64,000 nt of DNA from Erysipelotrichaceae bacterium (GCA_018365815.1 JAGZJH010000001.1:53176-117175); one strand, 5' to 3'; positions 10,642 to 19,493 are shown, numbered from the stretch's first letter. Program-made: numbers and translations. The notes: generated by a model not told the origin, from the sequence alone.

Positions 10642-10848
10642 CTAAATCTTCTTAACATTAGTCGCTTGTAATCCACGTTCAGCTTGTACAATTTCAAATT
10701 CTACACGTTCACCCTCTAAAAGATTTTTAAATCCCTCTTGATTAATTTGTGAATAATGTACAAACACATCTTTTTCTTGCTCATCATCTGTAATGAAACC
10801 ATACCCTTTATTTTTATCAAACCATTTTACTTTACCAATTTTTAACAC
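10642..10848 (-). CDS. csp: Cold-shock protein, CspA family
   Basis: [16 protein letters not shown]...VFVHYS cold-shock domain; 68 aa. Confidence 0.85.
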   Translation of the reverse strand: MLKIGKVKWFDKNKGYGFITDDEQEKDVFVHYSQINQEGFKNLLEGERVEFEIVQAERGLQATNVKKI

Positions 10849-11102
10849 TTAATCTTCCTCCTTAATTTCTTCACACTAATATATTAACACATAAAAAAGC
10901 AAAAAACGTTTCTATTTTTTCGCAGTTTTACGGACTTTTTTATATAACGAATGTTACATATCTTATATTGTGTTAAATTCGTAAATATTTAAAATCATAC
11001 TATATTTACTAGCAATTCTCGTTATTTTAAAAAATGAATGTTACATCGACTCATTATGTAACATATTTCTTTATTAAAGAATATAAACGTTGCGTTTTTA
11101 AC

Positions 11103-11702
11103 TTATTTCTTTCGTTCTAGTGGATTAAACGACTTCATTGCTATTCGTTGTTCGTCTTTTTCAATTCCGATGTATCTAAGCGTAATTTGTGGCGAAGAAT
11201 GATTAAACAATTTCTGCAACATCACAATATCATGAGTTTGCATATAATATTGATATCCAAATGTTTTTCTCATTGTGTGTGTTGCCACAATTCCAATTTC
11301 ATCACCGAAAAGTGCTTGAATATCTTTCTTTAAAAAATGATATGCACCTTGTCTTGTTAATGGTTTATTATTTTTACGTGAAGCAAATAAATAATCTGAT
11401 CTTTTTAAATCATATTTTTTTATATACTTTTTTATTTCCTTTACTGCAATATCATTTAAATATAATGTTTTTTGTTTTCCGGTTTTCTTTTCAACCATTT
11501 CTACACGATCATCTATTAAATCACCAGCACGAATAGGCAAAATATCACTTACTCTTAAACCACTAAAAATTCCAAGAAAAAATATGAGATAATTTCTATC
11601 TCTTATAAATTCTTGGTATTTTGTTTTAACTTCTTTATTTTTTAATGAATCCAACACATCATTTAACACATGATTATCTTTAACTGGATCTACATATCGC
11701 AT
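11103..11702 (-). CDS. Small tyrosine site-specific recombinase (phage integrase family, catalytic domain only)
   Basis: R...HTMRKTF...LGHSS...TLRY catalytic motifs; 199 aa; own terminator hairpin upstream; flanked by 16-bp direct repeats. Confidence 0.7.
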   Translation of the reverse strand: MRYVDPVKDNHVLNDVLDSLKNKEVKTKYQEFIRDRNYLIFFLGIFSGLRVSDILPIRAGDLIDDRVEMVEKKTGKQKTLYLNDIAVKEIKKYIKKYDLKRSDYLFASRKNNKPLTRQGAYHFLKKDIQALFGDEIGIVATHTMRKTFGYQYYMQTHDIVMLQKLFNHSSPQITLRYIGIEKDEQRIAMKSFNPLERKK

Positions 11703-11725
11703 ATTATTTCCCCCTTTCCATACAT

Positions 11726-11752
11726 AAAAAGAACTCCTTTTACAGAGTTCTC
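11726..11752 (-). terminator. Intrinsic terminator-like hairpin (AGAACTC/GAGTTCT plus T-run) just upstream of the recombinase ribosome-binding site
   Basis: 7-bp stem, 8-nt loop, TTTTTAT follows on the minus strand. Confidence 0.4.
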
Positions 11753-11872
11753 TTTAGATGAATTAATCAAATTTTTAAAAGCGTGATCCGTATGTCTTTC
11801 GACAATGTCATTATAACATATAACACGCTATAAAATGTCTCGATTTTTTCGCAGTTTTTATGCATTTTCACA

Positions 11873-12310
11873 TTAATTAGGCATATAAGCCTTAATCACA
11901 TCAAATGCTTTATCTTCATATCGATAGTAAGTCGATTTATCAATATACAGTTCATCGCATATTTTATTAATGCTGATATTATCAAAATATCTCATTTCAA
12001 TAATCTTAAACAATTTATCATTTACATTAATTTTTAATTCACTTAATGCGGCTTCGATATTTTCAATCGTATAAATAAGTTCAATTCTTTCTTCGATTAA
12101 TTTATCTTTTAATGAAATATTTCTAATATAAATTGAACCTTTATCATGTTGACTATTTGCACATTGTTGATCTAGTTTAACAGATTGAATACCTGTATAA
12201 TTATTTAATTCTTCTAAACGATTATTAATGTTATGTAACTTGCTTTTAAAAGCGTTATATGAACGCAATTGTATTTTAATTTCTTTTTTTACATCATAAG
12301 AATAGCGCAT
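11873..12310 (-). CDS. ArpU-family late transcriptional regulator
   Basis: 145 aa, sigma-70 region-4-like C-terminus; typical position upstream of the packaging module. Confidence 0.55.
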   Translation of the reverse strand: MRYSYDVKKEIKIQLRSYNAFKSKLHNINNRLEELNNYTGIQSVKLDQQCANSQHDKGSIYIRNISLKDKLIEERIELIYTIENIEAALSELKINVNDKLFKIIEMRYFDNISINKICDELYIDKSTYYRYEDKAFDVIKAYMPN

Positions 12311-12364
12311 ATTTTTCCTCCATTGCTTTTTTTACGGATCACAATGAATACTTACTTAAAACAA

Positions 12365-12829
12365 TTATCTTTCACTTCCTTTTTCATCTTGAAACAACCC
12401 CAATTCTTTAAGAGTGTAATGTTTATCAAGTTTCATTCCTTTATACATTTCATTTTCGTGAAAACAAGGAAGTCGAAATATTTCTTTATATTCAGCATCT
12501 TCACAATGATCTAAACAAATTCGTATATATATAGTATCGTTTTCAAAATAGTTACTGCATACTTTACAAATATAAATAACCCTATCTTTAAAAGGCCTTA
12601 ACACACTCTCAAGATAACGTTTTTCAACTTCATCAAGAATTGATTGTTCGATTTCATAATTACCACATAATAAATCAACAAGTATTGATTCATTATGAAT
12701 ATGTGTTCTTAAAGAATATAATCCATATTCATCAATCATAAATTCATTAAGCAAATTTTTAATCTTAAAAGGCACACCCATTTCTACTCCTAATAATTTA
12801 GCAACTTTTTTCATTTTGTTTTCTACCAT
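12365..12829 (-). CDS. Hypothetical phage protein, Cys-rich
   Basis: ORF; CxxC...C..HC pattern. Confidence 0.3.
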   Translation of the reverse strand: MVENKMKKVAKLLGVEMGVPFKIKNLLNEFMIDEYGLYSLRTHIHNESILVDLLCGNYEIEQSILDEVEKRYLESVLRPFKDRVIYICKVCSNYFENDTIYIRICLDHCEDAEYKEIFRLPCFHENEMYKGMKLDKHYTLKELGLFQDEKGSER

Positions 12830-12831
12830 TG

Positions 12832-13215
12832 TTATTCACTCCTTAAAATATTCATATCATAATTTGATTGCACAAATTTAATTGTTAATTTATGATTTAC
12901 TGCATTTCCTAATCTTGTATAAATCAGTTCCATATCCTCCCTTGTAAAATCAGTTTTTAGAAAATTGTTTATATTTTTTCTAACATCATCCTGATATTTT
13001 TCATTATGCTTGTCCGATTGATAAGGCATTGATTTACACGCATCCCTTGAACACCATTCAAGAACTTTGCATTTTAAATCAAACTCACTTTCAACATTGT
13101 TTAAAGAAAAATATAAGTTTGTTCTAGGAATCAAAATCAATTCATTTATGCGATTGATAAATGCTTTATCAAATATAATCATTAATTTTGTAATATAACT
13201 AGGTAATTTCATCAC
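12832..13215 (-). CDS. Hypothetical phage protein
   Basis: ORF only. Confidence 0.3.
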   Translation of the reverse strand: MMKLPSYITKLMIIFDKAFINRINELILIPRTNLYFSLNNVESEFDLKCKVLEWCSRDACKSMPYQSDKHNEKYQDDVRKNINNFLKTDFTREDMELIYTRLGNAVNHKLTIKFVQSNYDMNILRSE

Positions 13216-13222
13216 TCACACC

Positions 13223-13486
13223 TCAACATTCAAAATAAAAATCTAAATACTTCCCATTATCTAAAGGAAAATAATAATGTCCGCTAAAATCATCACCAAG
13301 ATAACCAACATATTGTTCACAATATTCTCCGTTGTCTTGTTCATCTCCACTTGGCTCATCAACTATTTTCATACTTTCAAAAAACAACCCCTCGGTGTCT
13401 AAATTATTTTCTATCCACTCGTAAATTTCTTTATCAAGTTTTAATTTTGTTTCAATCTTTTCTCTAATCTCTTTTGGTATCATCAC
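13223..13486 (-). CDS. Hypothetical phage protein, acidic
   Basis: ORF only. Confidence 0.3.
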   Translation of the reverse strand: MMIPKEIREKIETKLKLDKEIYEWIENNLDTEGLFFESMKIVDEPSGDEQDNGEYCEQYVGYLGDDFSGHYYFPLDNGKYLDFYFEC

Positions 13487-13857
13487 TCACACCCCACATT
13501 CGCCATTTGCACTGGAAAGAAACGATTTTTTTCAAATTTCAAACCATCTAATTCATCTTCTAAATGGTTTCGATATACAACGATTGGCCATTCATAATTA
13601 TTGTTTATTTCTTTAATCAAAAAGCAAGTTTTTAGTCTACTATCATAAACCCACATACCAACTTTCAAATCTTCAAATTCATATGGTTGTGTGTTGTTAA
13701 TACACTCAACAACACACCTTTCAATTTCTTCATACGCATTGATTGTATATTTATTATCATTTTTTGTTAAAGTCACTTCCACATCAATTTCTAATGTTTC
13801 AAGAATTTCTTTAATAGATGAAAGAGAATATAACAATTTTTCTTCTATACTAAACAT
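13483..13857 (-). CDS. Hypothetical phage protein
   Basis: ORF only. Confidence 0.3.
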   Translation of the reverse strand: MFSIEEKLLYSLSSIKEILETLEIDVEVTLTKNDNKYTINAYEEIERCVVECINNTQPYEFEDLKVGMWVYDSRLKTCFLIKEINNNYEWPIVVYRNHLEDELDGLKFEKNRFFPVQMANVGCE

Positions 13858-14065
13858 CTGTCATTACCTTGTTCCTTTTCAAAATTTTAAATCTCTTATT
13901 AAAAAAATCTAAATTACAATGAAGAATAAATTCAGTTCCATTCACTCTAAATTCATCTTCAATAAAAATACAATTATATTTTTCATTTATTTTAAAATAT
14001 TTTTCAATTTCATATGTATTCACACATTTCACGATCAAATGATGAAAATTAATACTTGTTTTCAT
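13850..14065 (-). CDS. Hypothetical phage protein
   Basis: ORF only. Confidence 0.25.
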   Translation of the reverse strand: MKTSINFHHLIVKCVNTYEIEKYFKINEKYNCIFIEDEFRVNGTEFILHCNLDFFNKRFKILKRNKVMTDV

Positions 14066-14068
14066 CTT

Positions 14069-14825
14069 CTAAATTCCTAATGTCATATTGACATTCTTTA
14101 ACATTTTTTCTTTTGCTTCTTTATAAAATTGTTTTTTAATTTCAAAGCCATAGCAACTTCGATTTAATTCGGCACACGCTCTTAATGTGCTTGTGCTTCC
14201 TGCCACTGGATCAATCACAACATCACCGGGATCAGTATAAATTTCAATCAACCTTTTAAGCACCACTACTGGTTTTTGCGTGGGGTGAATTTTTGGATAA
14301 TTTCCACTTCTATCCCATTGAAACCAATTTAAAATCATATGTCCGTCATTATTAAATTTAGGTAATTTATCACGATACAAAAGCAAAGCAACTTCTACCG
14401 CCCCGCAAATTCTCATATTTGCTTTTAATGCTTGGGAAGATGATTTCTTAATGAAAAACAAAGGTTGAGCGTGTTCAAATCCGAATTTTTTTTGCATACT
14501 CTTTAATTTCATTTAATTGCTGCCACGAACAGAAAATAATCATACATGGTGCTTTTCCTTTTTCTTTCGGTTCTTTTTTTAATAAACGAGTACAAAATTG
14601 AAAGAAATTAAAGATTTTAAAATCTTTGTCTGTATCAAAGAAGGATTTACCTGCTTTTTCTGATTCACCATTTTTGTTATCACCATCGATATACCAGTCA
14701 GTCCTTGAACCATATGCATTTATACCAATGTTATATGGAATATCCGCAATAATTAATTGCGCTCTAGGTATTTGATACCTTTTAGCATTTTCAAAATGAT
14801 CGTTATACAATTCTATTTTATTCAT
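14069..14825 (-). pseudogene. Phage DNA methyltransferase (beta-class N6A/N4C amino-methyltransferase), split into two ORFs by one extra A in an A8 tract (plus 14486-14493)
   Basis: N-terminal ORF has DIPYN (motif IV); C-terminal ORF has HPTQKP and DPVAGSTST (motif I). Removing one A fuses them into a protein of about 251 aa. Confidence 0.7.
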
Positions 14826-15070
14826 TTATACAAACTTCCCTTTTTTAATCTTTTATTTTCTCTTATCAATCGTTGATTTATTTCTCTTTGTTTTATGTAT
14901 TGAGATTGTGCGTATGCCCCATCACTTAAACAACGAATTAAATTCTCTGTATTATCGACATTGTCATAATACATTTGTTTATACTTGTCACGTTCTTTCA
15001 TAACTTTGCTTAATTGAATTACAAATAGTTTAATTAATAAATTCCATTTTTCTTTAGTTAAAACAATCAT
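14822..15070 (-). CDS. Hypothetical phage protein
   Basis: ORF only. Confidence 0.3.
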   Translation of the reverse strand: MIVLTKEKWNLLIKLFVIQLSKVMKERDKYKQMYYDNVDNTENLIRCLSDGAYAQSQYIKQREINQRLIRENKRLKKGSLYK

Positions 15071-15165
15071 ATTTTTACTCCTTAGCGTTTTTTGATTTAT
15101 TTAGTATTATTTATCATATTTTTATTAAATGTCTTTATATCAAAAGAAATGGCATCAAATTCAAG

Positions 15166-15405
15166 CTATTTATGTACTGTTTCATCTTGGAATACATAAA
15201 TTTTCTTAACAAAATGAGTTTTATTTGTTTTTTGATGTGAAATACGGGAAAACAATGAACTCTTTTTAATACCTAAATATTTTGAGATTTCGTTAGCATT
15301 TCCAACAAACTCTAAATAATCATTTTCATCATATAAAGCGTAAAAAGTATTTTTAGCCATTTTTCTTACGTTCCACAAAACTTGCAATTCGATGATCGAC
15401 ATCAT
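15166..15405 (-). CDS. Hypothetical phage protein
   Basis: ORF only. Confidence 0.25.
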   Translation of the reverse strand: MMSIIELQVLWNVRKMAKNTFYALYDENDYLEFVGNANEISKYLGIKKSSLFSRISHQKTNKTHFVKKIYVFQDETVHK

Positions 15406-16171
15406 TTATTGTTGCTGATTCACAATAACCTAATATTCTTGAAACAATACGATCTGCATCAATATCATTCAAGCCTTTAGTATCATCGGAATATTTTTTT
15501 CTTAATCCATCGACATTTAAATTTGAAGTATATAAGGTCTGTAAGTTATGACGATTACGTGTATCAACAATTTCAAATAATTTTTTGGCATCAAATTCTT
15601 TCATGTACTCTGCTCCTAGATCATCAAGTACGAGAATTTGAACTTGTTTAATAAAACGCTCATAATCAAATGATGCCTCTGCACTGTATGACTTCTTGAT
15701 TTCATTAAACATTTCATTGACATTTGTAAAATAAACATCTTCACCTTTTCTAAGCAGCATGTCGGCACACCAAATAATCAAATGAGTTTTGCCAACTCCA
15801 CAAGAACCGCTTAAAAATAAACCTAAACTTGTTTCACGATTGAAATTATCGCAATATCTTGAAACGAGATTATAAGCGTTAATATTGTTTTGGTTAGTCC
15901 TAAATGGAGTTTTTAACATTTCAAGCATCTTTGAAGAAATATTACTAACGCTTAATCGTTGCTCATATGTCTTAGATATTAAACGTTGAGTAAGTTCACG
16001 CTCACGTTCTTGATTTTCTTTTTCAATTTCACATGAACACAATGTCATAAAATCAATACCTAATTTCGAATTGACACAATGATATATTTTTTCACCACAC
16101 GTAGGACATACATGAGAAAATATTTTTTCATATGGCGCTTTAGAAACTAACTCCTGAATACTTTTCATCAC
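15353..16171 (-). CDS. DnaC/IstB-like helicase loader ATPase
   Basis: Walker A GSCGVGKTHL and Walker B ILVLDDLG; downstream of the replisome organizer gene. Confidence 0.8.
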   Translation of the reverse strand: MMKSIQELVSKAPYEKIFSHVCPTCGEKIYHCVNSKLGIDFMTLCSCEIEKENQERERELTQRLISKTYEQRLSVSNISSKMLEMLKTPFRTNQNNINAYNLVSRYCDNFNRETSLGLFLSGSCGVGKTHLIIWCADMLLRKGEDVYFTNVNEMFNEIKKSYSAEASFDYERFIKQVQILVLDDLGAEYMKEFDAKKLFEIVDTRNRHNLQTLYTSNLNVDGLRKKYSDDTKGLNDIDADRIVSRILGYCESATINDVDHRIASFVERKKNG

Positions 16172-16904
16172 GTTTCACTCCTTTTTTGATTGCTTCGTTG
16201 AGATACTTCTCAAAATTCGCTTCTCTAAACAACGTATTCGGTACTAGATACTTTTCAAAAGACGTTCCCTCCCAATCTTTGATTTTGGCATCAATAACAA
16301 ATTTCATCTGCTCGACAGTACGACCGGTTGCAATGAGTTTAGAAATTGCTTTGATTGTTTCTTTTGTTTTAGGCGAATAATTAACATTTCTTTTTTGATT
16401 TAAATATTCGATAACCTCCTGCACGACATTATTTAAATATATTTCTTTATTTTGTATATCTTTACTTTGTATATCTTTATTTAATTGTGGTCGATTTTCT
16501 ACCCCTAGAACTTCTACCCCTAGAACTTCTACCCCTTGACTTTCTACCCCTAGAAAATCACCCCCTAGAGATTTATTGTTATTTTTTTGATTTAAATCAT
16601 GACATGGCACTTCGTAAATATGATATATGTATGTAATTCTTGAACTTCCTTTCTTTGCGTATTCTTTTTCAACCACTAAATGATTAAATTGTTTTAATTC
16701 ATCTACTGCTGATTCAATTGCTGATGTCTTTTCTTTGCAAATAGCGGCTAATCCATTGATGCTGTAAGACCAATTATCAGGTAAAGAAAGCATCAATGTA
16801 AGTAAACCTTTTGCTTTTAAAGATAATTCGGTATTTCGCAAATATTCATTATTAATCGTTGTATAATTTTCCGATTTATGTGTTCTCAAAACTGCCAACT
16901 CCAT
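16140..16904 (-). CDS. Phage replisome organizer / replication initiator (DnaD-like N-terminus, conserved phage C-terminus)
   Basis: Domain architecture; internal 15-bp iterons are translated as GVE(V/S)(L/Q) repeats. Confidence 0.65.
   Translation of the reverse strand: MELAVLRTHKSENYTTINNEYLRNTELSLKAKGLLTLMLSLPDNWSYSINGLAAICKEKTSAIESAVDELKQFNHLVVEKEYAKKGSSRITYIYHIYEVPCHDLNQKNNNKSLGGDFLGVESQGVEVLGVEVLGVENRPQLNKDIQSKDIQNKEIYLNNVVQEVIEYLNQKRNVNYSPKTKETIKAISKLIATGRTVEQMKFVIDAKIKDWEGTSFEKYLVPNTLFREANFEKYLNEAIKKGVKRDEKYSGVSF
16450..16569. repeat. Putative phage origin of replication: two AT-rich direct repeats (TTTGTATATCTTTA x2) plus 4.5 tandem 15-bp iterons TTCTACCCCTAGAAC
   Basis: Seen directly in sequence at 16496-16569; a GC-rich island inside the initiator gene. 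Confidence 0.6.
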
Positions 16905-17096
16905 TCACTCCTTGCTAATATACTTTATTATTCACTGCCCAATTAACGATGCTTACAACGATCATTACGATCAATACGATAAACATCATAATATCTAATA
17001 CTTTTCTTTTGTTCATCTCGACGCTCCTTATGAAAACTAATTAATGTCACAACGCAAAACATTAGTGTTTCTAATCCTAAAATTATTATCATTGTT

Positions 17097-17303
17097 TTAA
17101 TCATAACGTTTACCTTTGACTAGTTCATATAATTCTACTTTTTTAGTTAAATCAGAATATGTAACTAATGCCTTATCGTTATTCTTATCTATAAAAATTA
17201 ATGAATTTTCATCATGAATTGCGACAGACAAACAATCTATTTCAAAATTGTTTTCTAAAAATTTCAAACACTTAAACTGCGCTACTGTATCTACTTTAAA
17301 CAT
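17097..17303 (-). CDS. Hypothetical phage protein
   Basis: ORF only. Confidence 0.25.
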   Translation of the reverse strand: MFKVDTVAQFKCLKFLENNFEIDCLSVAIHDENSLIFIDKNNDKALVTYSDLTKKVELYELVKGKRYD

Positions 17304-17321
17304 TGTTTTTTTCCTACCTTT

Positions 17322-17543
17322 CTACATTTTAAAAGTGTCATATAACCCATAAATCAACACTGGAAATAACCATGCAAAACATTCGCCACCAATTCCCGGT
17401 TTTGTTCTTGTGAAGTTCACAAGTTCATTAAATTTAGGTGTTAACATCATCAATAAAACTGTTGAAATAATCACTAATATGTGAATTTTATTCATTTTTA
17501 TTTTCATTTCTTTAACCTCACTTTGACATTCGCTCTCATTCAC
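17322..17543 (-). CDS. Hypothetical membrane protein
   Basis: ORF with a hydrophobic segment. Confidence 0.25.
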   Translation of the reverse strand: MNESECQSEVKEMKIKMNKIHILVIISTVLLMMLTPKFNELVNFTRTKPGIGGECFAWLFPVLIYGLYDTFKM

Positions 17544-17575
17544 CTTATAATTAAGATGAATTTTTGTGAAATTCG

Positions 17576-17836
17576 CTATTTGTCACTAGTTGCCGCTAGT
17601 GACTTTTTATTTTGCAATAAATCAATTAACGCTTGTACTAACTCCATGCTCGGATTTTGATGCCACTTCGTCATATAATCTTCAAATGCTGCTCGTGGAA
17701 TATGGAAATTGTGATACCCACCCTCACTCACTGTGTAACTTCCGGGTAATGTATGGTTCATAATTGCTTGGCGAACAAATGCATGACTTTTTTTCATGCG
17801 TTTAGCGCATTCATCAATTGAAATACTTTCGTTCAT
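17576..17836 (-). CDS. Hypothetical phage protein
   Basis: ORF only. Confidence 0.3.
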   Translation of the reverse strand: MNESISIDECAKRMKKSHAFVRQAIMNHTLPGSYTVSEGGYHNFHIPRAAFEDYMTKWHQNPSMELVQALIDLLQNKKSLAATSDK

Positions 17837-17855
17837 AAACTTCGCCCCCTCTCAT

Positions 17856-18602
17856 TTAACTTTCTGCTACAAACTTATTTACAAAATAAATTTGTCCTTT
17901 ACCTGTGATTTTAGTTGTAGTAGTAGTTCTAATTGAACCATCAGGATTATTAATCGTTGACTTTTTAATCTCCATTAAACCTAAATTCATAGATTTCTGC
18001 GTTGGTTGATTATAGGCTTCGCCTGATTTCATTAGATAACCATTTTCACGTAACCATTCAAATAATCTCTTTTGACCAATGTCATATCCATTGGCTTTAA
18101 TAATTTTTGCCAGTTCACCTATAAGAATTGAATTTTTACTGGTTGAAACAGCATCAGCAAATAATGCTTTCGGCTTCATTTCTTTATTCTCTAATTCAAG
18201 TTTTTCATTCGCTTCAACTTGTGCCACCAATTGAAGTAAGGCTTCTTTATAATTACTAGGTAATTGACTTGGTTTGGCTTCTTGTGACTTAAAATAATGT
18301 TCAACTAAACTGTCATATACTTCCCATGCCTTATCAGTGTTTAGCGATTTAGCGTGTAAGAATGCCCCGCGTTCAGTCCATAAGTAAACTTTATTTAAGT
18401 TCGTTGGCAATTCGTGAATTTCACGAAACGCTCTTAATTCTTCTTTTTGAAGCAAATAAAAGTGTTTTCCTTTCTCATATCTTTCTTTATTGTGATTAAA
18501 GTTATAAGATATTGCTTTGCTATCAGTTCCATAACTTTCTGCTAATTGTTGAGTTGTTAAAACTCTTTGATTTTGATGTTCTACGATTTTTAATTCATTC
18601 AT
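17856..18602 (-). CDS. ant: Phage antirepressor (ORF6N N-terminal domain plus Ant/KilAC C-terminal domain)
   Basis: N-terminal IVEHQNQRVLTTQQLAE...KHFYL; C-terminal ALFADAVSTSKNSILIGELAK...GYLMK. Confidence 0.8.
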   Translation of the reverse strand: MNELKIVEHQNQRVLTTQQLAESYGTDSKAISYNFNHNKERYEKGKHFYLLQKEELRAFREIHELPTNLNKVYLWTERGAFLHAKSLNTDKAWEVYDSLVEHYFKSQEAKPSQLPSNYKEALLQLVAQVEANEKLELENKEMKPKALFADAVSTSKNSILIGELAKIIKANGYDIGQKRLFEWLRENGYLMKSGEAYNQPTQKSMNLGLMEIKKSTINNPDGSIRTTTTTKITGKGQIYFVNKFVAES

Positions 18603-18615
18603 ACAATTCCCCTTC

Positions 18616-18801
18616 CTACTCTTCGATAACTACTGCATTAACTGCTTCATTCAAAAGTAAATTGACTATGTACTGAACACTGAAATCAGTTTGTTCACTA
18701 ATCACTTTGATTTTTTCGTGAAGCTGTCTGTCAATTCGCACCATAGTGGTATCTTCTCTTTTACACAAGTTTTGTGCTTTCTTGATAATGATTTTGTTCA
18801 T
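18616..18801 (-). CDS. Ribbon-helix-helix (Arc/CopG-like) DNA-binding protein
   Basis: 61 aa with a beta-strand then two helices (VRIDRQLHEKIKVISEQTDFSVQYIVNLLLNEAV); 14 bp upstream of ant. Confidence 0.45.
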   Translation of the reverse strand: MNKIIIKKAQNLCKREDTTMVRIDRQLHEKIKVISEQTDFSVQYIVNLLLNEAVNAVVIEE

Positions 18802-18883
18802 ACTCCCCCTCCTTCAACTTCCTACTGTTTGAATTTTTTGTAATGAATACTCAATCTGTTTCGATAAACGCATCCTCCATTTA

Positions 18884-18892
18884 TGCTATAAT
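18884..18892 (+). promoter_or_regulatory. Extended -10 promoter (TGCTATAAT) for the plus-strand gene at 18914
   Basis: TGnTATAAT, then ribosome-binding site AAAGGAGG and ATG. Confidence 0.45.
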
Positions 18893-18913
18893 CAACATGA
18901 AAGGAGGAAAAAT

Positions 18914-19243
18914 ATGTTTTTAATACCAAAAAATTCTTTAAAATTGCTTATCAAATTATCTTCTCAAAGAAATTTCGACATCACACCATCTAATATTGGA
19001 TATTTAAAAATCCTTATAGATAAAGAATTAGTTAAATTACATAAAGAAATAAATCTTGAAAATCTAAAGACAAATAACAAATCTTTAAACTATTTAACGA
19101 TTACAACTGAAGGTGAGATATACATAACTTCAATTAAAGAAACTCACAGACAATTTTGGATACCAACCATACTATCGATAATTGCCTTAATATCATCTTT
19201 CAAAGAAGAAATATGTAAATTAATCCAATGGTTATTAAATTGA
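18914..19243 (+). CDS. Hypothetical protein with C-terminal transmembrane helix; opposite orientation to surrounding early genes
   Basis: Strong ribosome-binding site and own promoter. Confidence 0.4.
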   Translation: MFLIPKNSLKLLIKLSSQRNFDITPSNIGYLKILIDKELVKLHKEINLENLKTNNKSLNYLTITTEGEIYITSIKETHRQFWIPTILSIIALISSFKEEICKLIQWLLN

Positions 19244-19493
19244 GCAGAATATATTTGATAACTTTCTTAATCTTTATTTTTTTAGATACATTTACTGTCT
19301 TATCCAATGCACATAACCATTTAAAATCAAATGGGTCTAAACTATCTCTATTGGAATAGAGCAGTTTTACATCACCCCAATTTTGACTATGCACATTTTC
19401 TTCAAGAATGCCGATTAAACATTTTTCACTAACAGTTATGTTGGATATAACATCATAATTTTCACTGATTACCAAGACATTAATCTTTTTCAT
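19200..19493 (-). CDS. Hypothetical phage protein
   Basis: ORF only. Confidence 0.25.
   Translation of the reverse strand: MKKINVLVISENYDVISNITVSEKCLIGILEENVHSQNWGDVKLLYSNRDSLDPFDFKWLCALDKTVNVSKKIKIKKVIKYILLNLITIGLIYIFLL

Noticed and set aside
11103-11702. Small tyrosine recombinase as the prophage integrase
   Set aside because: A full-length arm-domain integrase sits at the prophage end (22536-23699). This 199-aa protein lacks an N-terminal DNA-binding domain and is embedded in the late region.
11148-12514. Plus-strand ORFs 11148-11333, 11261-11536 and 12269-12514
   Set aside because: They are antisense to the recombinase and ArpU genes. Their Phe/Leu-rich translations are an AT-rich artefact.
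16496-16569. Tandem 15-bp repeats that might be flagged as a mini-CRISPR array
   Set aside because: No unique spacers and the unit is only 15 bp. It lies inside and in frame with the replisome-organizer gene. It is interpreted as ori iterons.
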